DNA from: the human T2T-CHM13v2.0 reference genome, Homo sapiens
NCBI RefSeq assembly: GCF_009914755.1
Contig: NC_060931.1
Direction: 5' to 3' (one strand)
DNA length: 64,000 bases
In this document: one piece after another, positions 27,706 to 40,493 of the stretch
Numbering within the stretch: the first letter of the stretch is position 1
Layout of the letters: each line of letters opens with the position of its first letter
Translations under genes and position numbers: made by a program
The notes under the pieces: model-generated
Told to the model about the DNA's origin: nothing
Seen by the model: only the letters and a program-made list of their open reading frames with translations
Database searches by the model: none

Positions 27706-30700
27706 AACACTACAAGTCACAAGGGGACAGTGTGGTGATCATGCCATTCTCTCTGAACTCCAGTTCTAAACGTTTTACGAAGACAAATTAAATTGCAGAG
27801 CATGTGATTACTGACCATCATCAAACTTATTCTCCAGATACAAAGGCGCACTTTCTACGCTATGTAAGTAAACCTTACTGCTTCCTCACAAAAGAATAGC
27901 AAGTCCTATAGATTCTTTCTAGAGGGTCACAGAAACCTTGAGGCTCTGATGGAACAGAAGATGTTGATATCTCTTTCACTTGCTCCTTCAGCACCATATC
28001 TTGGCAACACTTGCGGGAAGATTTGTAGAGATCCACAGGAGTAATTTATCCAATTTAATTACCTTCCTACTTCATTTCATAAAAGGGAAGAATATTCTGG
28101 TTCAGACTTTCCATTGGTGGCATGCTACTGAAACCTGCGCCTGGTTCTTCAGGCAAGTATGTACAACTCTTGGGTTAATGGGCATGGTGCTGAATCTTGA
28201 CATGGGAAGATCAAGGAGAAACCCCACTACCCATTGCTCCCAATTCTGAGGAGGTTGGAATAATGCAAGCTTGAATCAATGGACACCTAAACACAAAAAT
28301 TAGATACCTTGGGCTACAGTTTTCTCAAAGACTCTTGGAAAGGGTGAGGATTAGGAAGAGAATTCAGAGAGAAAGAAAACCCTATCCCAGAGCACCGCAC
28401 CTTTAGGACCCTGAGGCAGCCTCTTCTCATTGACCTATGCTTTTGGAACATGGTGCAAAGGGCGGCAATCCCAGGGTGCTTTCAGGTCCTCAGAAGCCCT
28501 CAGATTAGGAATTCCAACAGTGAAATTCTACGGCTACTCTACTTTTACATCCTAGGATGCAAGCTAAGAAGGACTAAAAAAAATGTAGGTACTAGCATTA
28601 TTCAGGGCACAGAAATCTCAGGTGATATACTGGGATAAATTCATCTCAGAACAATTCCATGTTTTGGGTATAATGGTGAAACACATCATGCAGCATCCTC
28701 ATCCTGGAGGCTCTAAGTGTACGTAACTTCTGAGAAGGCCTGTAGAAAAGAAATCTGTTCAGCTTTGTGAAACCTAACATTCCTCAAAATTATTTGGCCA
28801 TGGAACCCACCCCATTCCTGGACGAACACATTAATTTTAAAAAAATTTATCCAAGGTTTATTATGTGCCAGGCACTATCACAGTGATTAAAGGGGAATGA
28901 GTTCCGGTCCTCAAAGGAACTTACCTATTTAATGTTTATTTTCAGAAAGAACTACTTGAGGCAACCAATGTATTGGGGTCTTCATCTGATAATTTAACCT
29001 GATGGATCTCTCTAACCTACTAACTTTCCCCCCAAAATCCCATGATCTTTAGCTCTTGAAGGGACAAAGGTAGTAAAAAGGTAGTGTTCTTCACAAAACA
29101 CACAGCCTCCATGGGCCCATTGCGCCACTGTGTCAACTGAAAGCTCCGTGCCAGATACCAATGGGCTTTTGTGCCATTTGTATTCATCATTATATCTTTG
29201 AATAGAGCCTGGCTCACTGTAGGAGATTAATAAATGTGTTTTTGAATGAGTGGTGAATGCCAAGGACTCCCTCTAGTCCCCAAAATTCTGATAAGAATGA
29301 CCAAAGTTAAAATCCTATCTTAGTCTACACGGACAAATTGGATTTAGGTTCCCTTCATTAAATGCCAACCTTACTGTGCAAACTTGCTTTATATGCCAAA
29401 TTCAGATGTGGGCACTTCTATTTGATGATGTTATGAGCTAATATTATTTGCAAATGTTTTAATGACCAAATATATCTTTTTAACTGAAGCTAATGTGTTG
29501 AAACGTAATCCTTACAGACGCACAGCTGTCTCATGGTCTGAACATAAAACTGGGATTGAAGAGCACTTTCTAACAGAAGCACTGCAATTTCCTTTAAAAA
29601 ATTTAATATTCATGTACTTTAATTTTTCAGTCAGTAAAATAGGAAAATACGCATTGGCTGGTCTGCCTAAATGAAGTACATTTGAAATTTATAAATAAGC
29701 AAGATGTCAAGAAGCAAAACAATCACTAACTTTGAAATTGGATGTGAAGAAAATTCAAAGGATTTAGCCAATTTCAATCTCATACGCAGGAAACATAATG
29801 ATTTCCTGGCTGTAATATTCTTATCAATAGCAAGAAAGGAGCTCAAAGAAAGTAAAGTGAGTAAATAATTGTTTTTCAAATAAAACAGCCTGCTGAGCCT
29901 TCCTAAAATGTAAAGAATCTTTAAAAGTGGAATTAATTTTCCCTTGATTTCACAATGCTTTATTTCTTACCTTGTCTTTACATATTCAAGTGGCATATCA
30001 TTTTTTAAAACCATCAGGGTAAACAGAATCTAATTATTTTATTGTGTAGCCTTTCAAAAGGTAAAGGAAATGTGAAGAGTTGAGAAAGTATGCAACCCAT
30101 ATTGTTGGCATCTCAGCACTTATGATCATTACAAGCACTCACAAAAAAGCAATACTGGGCTTTAAAGCTGCACTGTATATTTTCTCTTTCTCAGAGCCCT
30201 GGGGCTATCACTGCAAAGCACAGTAGTCCATTCTAAGCTCTGAATAAAGAAAAGGAAGAGATCATTAAATTATAATTTCCATGCACAATTGGTACAAGTA
30301 TTTCCTACCAACAGGATTAATATGAAAGCAAGATCCCAGAATAAAGCTGCTCAGCAGAGAGGATGGCAGTTTAGTGTCTTGTAAATTTGATTTTACTGAA
30401 AGCCCTGACACATCATAATAGTGAAATCCTATTTACTGTAGCAAGCAGGATGGATAATGCTATTTAATACCGCTGTACTGTATGCCATCAACTCACAGCT
30501 TTGTACTCCATGTTCTCATCTTACCTTAAGGTTAATACTTCTTGACAGCCTACATGGTAAATAGAGCCCCAAATTAAGTGCTGATCCCATGATTTGCAAA
30601 TCTTTCCTCTAAAGTTAGACATAGAAAAACTGACTCCAGTTAAAGGGATCATTTTACCTGGATGCACTTTTAACAGCTCACCCTAGAAAAAAAGTAAGTC

Positions 30701-33225
30701 TCATATCCCTAAAGCCAGATTTGAAAAGCAGCTCAAGGTTACCTAAACCACATTTCCCATTCGAAATTTCAGAGAGGTTAACAGAAAAGCCAACGCATTT
30801 TGAGGATTTGTTGAATAATGAATTAAGGATAAGACCCCCATATCCTACTATACTGTATTGATATTTTTCCCCAGAGCACAAACTAGGGAAAAAAAATATC
30901 TTGCTTGCTACTTTTGGAATATCTGCAATAATAAACTTCCTTTAGGAAAGCAGGTAGATTGTAAAATGGTTCCATCTTTGCACCTAAGTTATAAATGTGT
31001 CAATTATGTTAACAAAAGATATGCTGATACTGGGCCTTATTCATTTTTCTACAGAACAATTAACATCTAAGTGCATTTACTTAAACTATCATTACTTGTT
31101 GATGATAAAAAAAATTGAGAGTAACTCAATGTACACAATCCAAGCCACTTTAATAAAACCTCTGTTGCTTGTGACATTACAATTAAAAGTGGTGTAGGCT
31201 TCTATTAACTTCAACATCCAAACCTGTGGACTACAGAACCTCATCTCTGTTTGTGTAGCTCTCGGTAACTATAGAAACCACAGGGAATCTGCCCTGATCT
31301 CCACATGAATGAAGAAGCCAGTACAAAATTTCCCAGTGTCAAAGGAATAGTCTATCTCTCTAGGTTGACAAGTGCAAACTAGTATAACCCACGTAGGCAC
31401 ATCTACCAGGAAGTTACATTTTTAACTCTCATGTTAAATTTACTCTGTCACATTGCAGGGCCAAAATGAGTTAACCACATCACCTAAAATCATTGGCAAC
31501 TGTTTAGAAAGCACGTCGCAGGGGGGAATATCAAACGGTTTCTTAATCCCATAAACCAAGTTTAAGTTATCTCCCCATCTCCAAAAAACGACTGTTTATA
31601 TTTTAGTATCTCAGATGTCAGTAGACTAATTGTGAATCCATCCTGCATTAATCCCTTGAAAAGGTTGATCCAGCTTCACTCACTGAAATATTTTACAATG
31701 ACAGACTTCACCTGGTAGTAAAAATACATAATTTCTTCCCATAAGAAGCACTCTGGGCTGACAATAACCTGTTCTGTTGTCATTTCTCATTATTATCATT
31801 GTTGGCATTATTTTTTCCCCAAGCTTCACACAGAGGAGCACAGAAGCAAAGGTACTAATTGAGAAAGAAGAAGTCACACACAATCAAAAGCCAATTAATC
31901 ATACAGATGAGCCCAACACTTTATGATGCAATAAAAGACATGTCATCTGCCATAAGTGAGAGACTTTTAAAAATTGCTCATTTGATGTAAGCATGACCTT
32001 AGAATTTAATTAGCAACTCTCTCCACAGGTGACAAACTAGTAATATACTTTTCTTCTTAATGGCAATTTATTTTTCACCATTCTCTTTGTATTATTCTCT
32101 TTTGCCCAGCTTATCTAATTCTCTCTCCCTTTTAATTCTGTGAGATTTCCTGCAGTCTGTATGCAAATTGCTGCTGAAATCCAGAGGTGTCTGAAAACTG
32201 AAAGCAATCCATGCCACACTGGCATTTATGATTCACCAGATAAGGGATTCAGGTGTGTCTAAGACAAAGTTTCTGCCTTCGTGGAACTTCTACTGGATGA
32301 CTGGGAAGGCAGTCATGAACAAGTTAACAAATAATGAGTAAACTAATTATAGATCTGGAAGAGTGCTTTCAAACAAATAAATAGGTTGATATGACAGTTA
32401 GAGACAGGGTTCAGAAGTCTAGTTTCTGATAGTCATTAGGAAAGCCTAAAACTTGTAAGGGAGTCAGAGACAGCTATTCAGAGGTGGGAAACAGCATCCC
32501 AGGGAACAACAAAGGCAAAGATCCTGACATGGGAAAGAATTTTGAAGGATGGTATACACTTAGCAGATCTTCAATATAGTAAGCACATGATGAATAATAG
32601 GTAATATGTTTATAGACAAGGAGGCATCTATTTGATTATATGCCATGGAAAACTAACCTAATAAAATTAGTCTTCCATTTTTTACATACAGCACATAGAA
32701 TAATATTTTAAGTGGCCCATCTTACAAACATATCTTCATATTTAAGAATGCAAATAAATTGTAAATGCAGTGGGGGGAGGTGTAGGGAGGAGTTCTCAAA
32801 GAACAAATGCATGCCACATCACTGGGTTACTCAACATTGTATTATACCTAACTAAATTTTCTGATTTCCCTCAGCTCCTCAAGCCAAGAGGGCTTCATGC
32901 TGAGCCAAAACCCCATCATTCTTAGGAAAGCCAAGAGCAAAGTGGATGCCATAGAGCAAATCAATTCAAATTCATAATGGAGAAGTTATACATGCAAAAC
33001 ACATTATCAAAGAGCTCAAGTCTTCAACATGTCCTGGGGAGACAAGGCCCTTCATCCTGGAAGACCCATGGGAGACTGTGGCTTCTGCCCTCTATGACAC
33101 GATAACCACGGTCCTACCCCTCGCTTCCCTCCCACAGGACCAACAGACTCCTGAAAAATACACATTTTCCTGAAGAACACACAACGATCCAAACTCTGAT
33201 GAAATAACTATCAGAACACTTTGTC

Positions 33226-33231
<6 letters not shown>

Positions 33232-33260
<29 letters not shown>
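33232..33260 (+). repeat. (A)29 homopolymer
   Basis: Direct reading. Confidence 0.95.
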
Positions 33261-33262
<2 letters not shown>

Positions 33263-34228
33263 TTTGCTTTCTTTCCAGAAGATGGAAAGAGATGAAAAGA
33301 TGGAAGGCAGTATTAATCAAAGTATGAGCAAGTGAATGAAGACCTCAAGAAGAAATTTTTAAGCTGCTTTAATGACTATAAATTTCTTATTTCAACGTGA
33401 AAGAAGCACAACTCGATATTAAAATAACTCTTAGGGGTATCATGCTGTAATCGCTAGGTAATAAGACCTTACTTATTCTTTTTTGGTCAAATTTTCCCAG
33501 GAAATGTCAAATTCTGGGAGAAAATTATGCATTTTTGAATGCTTAACACTTTTAGGTTATGAGGTAGCATTAATCAAATCATAACGTCAGGACCCAAAAA
33601 GTTGTATTAGAAGCTGGTAAGAGCTAACTTACCACACAAAGAACTAATGCTACAATCAGCAGGATTTACATACAGAATGAACATCTTCAAGTTGGTACTA
33701 GACAGCAGCTAAATGCTTAAGCATGGAACCTGGCTCAAATCCAGATCTATCATATTTTGGCTGTATGTTCTTAGGTGAATTACTTTAAGCCTTCACCTAA
33801 ACAATAGGGCGCACAGCCACACAGGGTTGTTGGTAAGTATAAAATGAGACAATCCATGCAAAGTGCCAATCACAATGTAAATGCTCAGTAAATGTTATCA
33901 TCAGCATGTTAATAAGGATGCTATAAACAATAACAAAATATTCAAAGTTAAACTTGACTTTCTCCCAGGATAGAATTAAATTATGAATTTAAATGGCTAG
34001 TGAAGAAGATACTAAACATTTGTGTGTATTTTAAAACTATACACTAATTGCATAAACATAACTTCATAGTATAAGCTTAGAAAATCTAGGATTCATTCAC
34101 TGTGCTATTTGTAGAAAATACAGAAATATGCAAGTTATGGAACCTCAAAAACAAAAGAAAAAAATAGAAAATACAGAAATATGAAAATTAGCTCTGTGTC
34201 CTCAGGAGTGTACAAGATAAACACACAT

Positions 34229-34343
34229 AACTAATCACAAGTATTATAAACAAAATGTGGCTATCATAAAGAGGTATAAAGCATTATGGACATATTTGTC
34301 AATTATACAACAAACAAAAATAAAGTTGGGAAAACAAAAAAAA
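34229..34343 (+). repeat. ~115-bp dispersed direct repeat, copy 2
   Basis: See 25347-25461. Confidence 0.9.
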
Positions 34344-35971
34344 CAGAATTCCCTGTGAGACTTGGAGACTACTTCGTAGAAACACTTAAGAACCTTCTCT
34401 TTGAAAGCTGTTCTCAACTTCCTCTCATGAAATCACCAACCAGGAATTAATACTATCTATGTCTCTTATACCAATAATCAGGAATTAATACTCTCTAAGT
34501 ATCTTTCAATTAGGCAAGACACCTAAATGTGATATCTCTAATGTTCACAGAGATGCCATTGATAACTTAGCAACATTTGAGTATGAAATAAGGACTTAAA
34601 AAATCTTTTCAAATGGCTTTGACCTTCTCTCTCAGTAAAGTGTCGCTGCTTTTGAAAACTCATTCTAAAAAGGGTGAAATCAGTGTCCAGTTAAATTACA
34701 CTTATTACTCCTAACAAGTTAGTGAAAGAAGAAAATTATATCAGACTCCTGGGTGAAGTGGCCAATATAAATACCTGGGTAGAGGGAGTTCCATTCACAC
34801 ATGGGAATTATCTAATTAACAAGCAGTTTATTGAAATAGATCCAAGAGGCAAATCAAGCTGTATTACAGAACTAAATGTACTTCACATGTTCAGTGCACT
34901 TTGATTCATACTCTCAAAAGAAATCTGCATCAAGCCAATATAAATGAATAGTTCAAGTCATCAAAAAGTGATAACGTGTACAATTGCTGTGTTAATCTAG
35001 TTGATGCGCAGATGGTAAGGTTATCTCAGGAATCTCCCTCAGAATGATTCTGTAAAAGACTCGTTGATGCAACATCCCTCTCCATTAATGATACACCATC
35101 TGGTATCTACTTTATAGTTTCATCACTTCATTTAGTTAAAAGAGGAAAAGATATGTGCTTATGTCCACTTTTAAACCACAGGCAACCTGGATTTCCTAGT
35201 AAGTTAGATGATTCTGCAAATTATATTAATATTAGAATCATTTCTTACAATACGAATTAATGGATTCAGCATTTTTACACTGTCTAATACAAAAGTGTGT
35301 GCAGAATTCCTAATAGAAATAGTTAGACATTGTAATTCTCACTGCCATCACAATACAGAAGAAAATCTCTTTACAATCTTTTGCATTACGCCTAGAAAAT
35401 ACTTCATCATTAGAGACCTAAATGTCTCTCACATATTCCTGGAAGAAATCCAAAGTGACAAAATTCAACTTGAGTACTTTGAGAATGACAGTAACAAACA
35501 AAAACAGGACTGTACAGAAATGTGCAAAAGACACAAGGAAGTTGAATAATATTAATTCTATGATTATCGTTATCTTATACACAATGGAAAGTAAGCAAAT
35601 ATTCTTTCATGGCAACAGCTGATATTTGTTAAGCTCTTTCCAGCTTTCAAGGGGCTTTTACACACTCATCTGATCTACCCCCAATCACCATGAAGATGAG
35701 CAAGGAACAGAGTATATCCCCATTTTGCAGATAAAGAACCAGACACCACAAGGGATTAGGTGAATTGCCGAACAGCCACATGACAAAAGCATACCTTCTG
35801 ACTCCTTGTCTAACATTCTTTCTTTTACTTAATGTGGAGTTATCGAGTATTAAGTAACAGCAGTGTATATATTCCACCTTAGCTTTCTAAGCTCACTGGT
35901 GCTTCTCAGATTTCAGTTTCAACTGTAGGATGACCACTTCCCAGGCTGATCTTCAAAAAGGAAAACAATAT

Positions 35972-35975
<4 letters not shown>

Positions 35976-36003
<28 letters not shown>
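35976..36003 (+). repeat. (TA)14 microsatellite
   Basis: Direct reading. Confidence 0.95.
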
Positions 36004-36007
<4 letters not shown>

Positions 36008-36361
36008 CAATAATTTGATCTTATCATATCGTGTCTATCTAATCTTCTACCACTTGTTCTACTTGGTGCCAAAAAGCCTAACAGTTTATTTGTTGAGCAG
36101 TTGTTGAGCAGATAAGTTCAATCTGCCAGAAACAAATCTTCTCAGACGTTTGTACCAATCAAATTGGTGAGTCTATGAGAAATGGGAGAATATTTTTCAG
36201 TGCCTTTTCTTGAACCTGACAATAATTAAAGGCAAGTTTATAAGGTACCTAACATAGTAAAACCTGATGACAAAGAAAACTGTCATTGGGTGAGGAAAAG
36301 CAGGTGCCAAGTATATCACCTCAAAAACTTTCACTTTCACTCATTTAACATTTACTAACTC

Positions 36362-36720
36362 TGATATGGTTTGGCTCTGTGTCTGCACCCAAATCTCATC
36401 TTGAATTGTGATACCCACATGTTGAGGGAGGGACCTGGTGGGAGGTAACTGGATCATGGGTGTGGTTTCCCCAGGCTGTTCTTGTGATAAGTGAGAGAGT
36501 TCTCAGATCTGATGGTTTAAAAGTAGTTTCCCCTGCACGCTCTCTCTCTCCTGCCACCATGTGAAAAAGGTGCCTGCTTCCCTTTCACCTTCTGCCGTAA
36601 TTGTAAGTTTCCTGAGGCCTCCCTAGCCATGGAGAACTGTGGGTCAATTAAACTTCTTCCCTTCATAAATTACCCAGTCTCAAGCAGCTCATTATAGCAG
36701 TGAGAAAACAGACTAATACA
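36362..36720 (+). mobile_element. THE1D solo LTR (ERVL-MaLR)
   Basis: TGATATGGTTTGGCTCTGTG…GACTAATACA with perfect 5-bp TSD AACTC. Confidence 0.92.
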
Positions 36721-36977
36721 AACTCTAAGCCATGTACAATGCTCTAGGTATAGAAGTAAAACAATTAGTGGGTGAATGGTTACTCTGTGCTACATACTAT
36801 TACAGGTGCTTTATGAGTATTAGCTCATTTAACAAGTGAGGTAAGTACTATTAAATCATCACTTAATATATGAAACAACTGAGAGGAAAAATAAGATGCT
36901 CCACATTACACAGCAGGGAAATGCCAGGTCAGAAATTTGAATCCAAGGCATCTGACATCAGAGCCTTGTGCTCTAAA

Positions 36978-37278
36978 TCAGAGTTCTGCCCACTACAACG
37001 AGGGAGCCAAATCAGGCCCAGTACCTGTTTTTGGTTTTACATTTTTAAGTGGTTGGAAAAAAATTTAAGCAAAATTTTGTGATGTGTGAAAACTATATGA
37101 GCTTCATACTTCAGGGTCTTTCAATTAGAACAGAGCCACACTCATTCATTTACAGTTGGCTTTCTCTGATTCCACATTACAAAGGCAGAGGTGGGGAGCT
37201 GCACAGAAACCAAATGTGGTGTGCAAAGCCTAAAATATTTACTATCCAGCCCTTTACAGGAAAAATTACTGACATTCT
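36978..37278 (-). mobile_element. MER58B-like hAT MITE
   Basis: gcaaagcctaaaatatttactatccagccctttacag and ttttacatttttaagtggttggaaaa. Confidence 0.75.
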
Positions 37279-37299
37279 CTAAACCATTTCACTTTATGC

Positions 37300-38000
37300 C
37301 TATTCAACATCTCTACTTCAATGTCTTAAGTGTCCTGAGCTTAACATATCCACAATCAAACTCCTGATTTCCTCCACCACCAACATCCCAATCCATATCT
37401 TAAGAATCTTCACCTGTGGAAAAACCTTCTAGTTATAAAAGCCATAAACCTAGAGTTTATTCTTTCTTCACTCATGTTCAAAGCCATCAGCAAATCTGGT
37501 CAGCTCTACCTTTAAAATACCGAACCACATTTCATTACTTCCCCTGTCGGCACTCAGACCCACACCAGTCATCCCTTTTCCGAATTACTGCCGTAATTTC
37601 TTACTAATTCTCTGTTGCTTCAACTCTTGCCCAACACAGCAGCCAGAGGGTTCATCTGCTCCCAAACCCCCCAGCCTTCCCAAACATGCCAAGTTCACGC
37701 CTGCTTCACGGTTTTGGCAATGGCTTGCTTCCCTATTACCATAGGCCTCTTCCCAAATGTCATCTCAACAGAGAGTTCTTCCCTCTGTACCCAACTCCAT
37801 GCCTAAACCCCAGCCCTGGGACTCTCTTTTCCCATTTTATTCCTCCCGAAATTATCATAACCTGCCATACAATATGTATTCTGGTTTTAATTGAATTTAA
37901 GCTCCATGAAGACAGATGTTTACCTCATTTTCTTCACTAGTACATAGCTGCTGGCACAAGACCAGGGTGCTTAAGTAAATATCTGCTACATGAATGAGAA
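37300..38000 (+). mobile_element. L2 relic
   Basis: aaactcctgatttcc…ccatcagcaaatc…aagctccatgaagacaga…taaatatctgct…atgaatga. Confidence 0.6.
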
Positions 38001-38473
38001 AATGCTCCCTACATTCAAGAGGTACTCAGTTCGGTAACATATGGAGACAGCAAACACATTTAACATATACATAACTGTACTGAGTGAGGGTTAATAGTGT
38101 ATTTCTTATTTTTTCCTATTTTCTTATCAAATAACATTTTCAACAAATAAAATTTGGAGGGTTTCATTCAAAAGAGAGAGAGCTTACTCTGCAACCTCAT
38201 GGTCTATGTATGAAATTAATCTAGATAACCAATCTACTTTATTGAAAAGGGCACTGATAAGGTGCTCAAACTCTCATTCTTAAACTCACTGCCTTCTTTT
38301 GTCCATCTCTGTCCAATTCTAGACCCATGCTGACTTGACGCCGTATCTCTTTTCCTTCTCCTAACTCATGTTTAACTTCTGCTATTCAGCTCCTATCTAC
38401 CTCTCCTGAAGGAGACATTCATTTCTAAACTACAAATGCAGTGAAACTGAGTTTTCAGAAAGAAGATATATCC

Positions 38474-38790
38474 TGCCAGGTGCAGTGGCTCATGCCTGTA
38501 ATCCTAGCACTTTGGGAGGCTGAGGGAGGCAGATGACTTGAGGCCAGGAGCTCAAGACCAGCATGGCCAACATGGTGAAACCCTGTCTCTAATAAAAATA
38601 CAAAAATCAGCCAGGCATGGTGGTGCATGCCTGTAATTCCAGCTACTCAGGAGGCTAAGGCATGGGAATCACTTGAACCTGGTAGGTGGAGGTTGCAGTG
38701 AACCAAGATCATGCCACTAGACTCCAGTCTGGGCGACAGAGTGAGATTCCATTTCAAAAAGAAAAAAGCAAAAAAAGAAAAGATAAAAGA
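38474..38790 (+). mobile_element. Alu (S/J), antisense to CHCHD3, about 380 nt downstream of the coding exon
   Basis: Full dimer with approximate TSD aagaagata…tatcct. Confidence 0.93.
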
Positions 38791-39165
38791 AGATAAATAT
38801 ATCCTTTAAAACACTACCATTTTTAAGAGTGTACTAAAGTTTAGTCAATGTCTGGGAGAGATAAGAGTAGCAGTGTACTGTCTGACCTGGAGGCTATGTA
38901 GATTCTAAACATATAAGAAAAGTATTTGCGGTAGGTCCCAAGTGGTAAAATGCATCAGTGAACAAATAACGCAACCATTCCAAAGTGACCAAAGAAAAAA
39001 TGACATTGTTACAGAGGACGAACTAACTACCTGCTTTGCTTCTTCACTTCCTGGCCACTTTACAACCAGGAAAAGCAGTTGAAGTTCTAATTTATTAATT
39101 TTTAAATAAATATACAAGAAAACAGCAGATGTGGTAATAGAATCAATGATAAAAAATAGTCATAC

Positions 39166-39249
39166 CCTCTCCTCCAGTCTAGCCAGCTGTTCTTTGTAGA
39201 ATGCATCCTGCTTCTTTAGCACTCGGTCTTTCTCTTCCAGCTGCCTAGC
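39166..39249 (-). CDS. CHCHD3: CHCHD3/MIC19 internal coding exon (84 nt, phase 0-0): ARQLEEKDRVLKKQDAFYKEQLARLEER, coiled-coil region
   Basis: Minus strand reads cctcatttctttttttag|GCTAGGCAG...GAGGAGAGG|gtatga. The peptide matches the human MIC19 sequence as I recall it. Confidence 0.96.
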
Positions 39250-40125
39250 CTAAAAAAAGAAATGAGGAATATACTATATCAAGAAAAAGCAGCAACAGCA
39301 AAGCAAAAGTCAAGAATAAATTGCATTAGAAATAAGAATACAAATCTGAAGATTTTTGCAATCTATTAGGTCTCTGCCATAGAAAAACATTAAGATGATG
39401 ATTGCTGTATTTAAATGTAAAGAAGAAGTCCGCATTGTATTTTTTTTCCCGCTGTAACAGCTGTGTCCTATTTTGTCCAAATATATTAGGAAACGTCAGA
39501 ATACAGCACATAACAGACTCTTATTTAACTTCCCTATCAAAGAGTAATTTCAAGGATTAATATTTTGTACAATGAAACTTTAATTTTATCCTGGGCATAA
39601 GATACATGGCTCTTTTTTGAACAAAAAAGTAATGCCTAAATAACATTTTGTACATAAATCTTGTGTTTAAGAACAGTTAATTACCTGCAAATAAATACAT
39701 ACATTGTTCTATTTCCCTTTATGTAAAGAATTAATTGTTATGGAAGAGTGGAAACAAAAACTACCATAATTGTTTATTTCAATAATTCAAAATAATCATA
39801 ATAAATAACCATATTTAAAAGTAATTTTAAAAGCTTTAGTTATTGTACTTTCAATTTACAAGATTTTTTAAAACAAAATCAAAACAAGTATAATATTTTT
39901 GGTTCTTTAAACAATGATGAAGATGGCTACTTACCGATATTTTTCAAGATTTGTAAAAAAAAATGCATTTCTTAAACTAATGTTGGTATCTTGAATATTA
40001 TGTTTAATTGGCCTTTATCTCTGAGGGATGAGACTTTCCTATATCACTCTGAGTTAGATTTTGTTTTCAACATATTTTTTGCTCAGTGAATGCTGAATAT
40101 ATGCCTGACTACAACTTATAAGAAA

Positions 40126-40215
40126 GTGTGTGTGTGTATATATATGTGTATATATGTATATATGTGTGTATATATACATATATATACACACACACTATAT
40201 ATAGATATATATATT
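40126..40215 (+). repeat. Mixed (TG)/(TA)/(CA) microsatellite
   Basis: Direct reading. Confidence 0.9.
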
Positions 40216-40478
40216 TTTTGTGTGTATCTTTTAATAAACAAAGTATATATATTACTTTTAATATGTAAAGTGTATACATTTCTTTAATTGTATGCATCCA
40301 GCCATCCATTAACAAGTATATATTTAGGCATTCCCATCCTTGTGCTATTTCACCAAAATTCTTTTGCTAAATGATCAAGTATTGTCTGTTTCAGATGTCA
40401 AGGTGCCTGTCTACTCAACTATCTGCTTAGTTTAGGTGAACTACTTGCACATTTATAGGTTATTGTTTTGCTACTTAC

Positions 40479-40493
40479 TTTGTCTTCAATATC
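40479..40493 (-). CDS. CHCHD3: CHCHD3 alternative 15-nt microexon encoding DIEDK
   Basis: Minus strand reads ttattttatttttaacatgctgcag|GATATTGAAGACAAA|gtaagt. Canonical AG, consensus donor, frame-preserving. Agrees with my recollection of a longer MIC19 isoform (…AKHL-DIEDK-ARQL…). Confidence 0.88.

Noticed and set aside
34441-34504. Short tandem duplications (caggaattaatact x2; also 48326-48361 and 36090-36111)
   Set aside because: Ordinary slippage-type duplications with no further structure.
35208-35549. 113-aa ORF in unique AT-rich sequence
   Set aside because: Antisense to CHCHD3, with no recognisable domain, promoter or splice context. Its length is compatible with chance.
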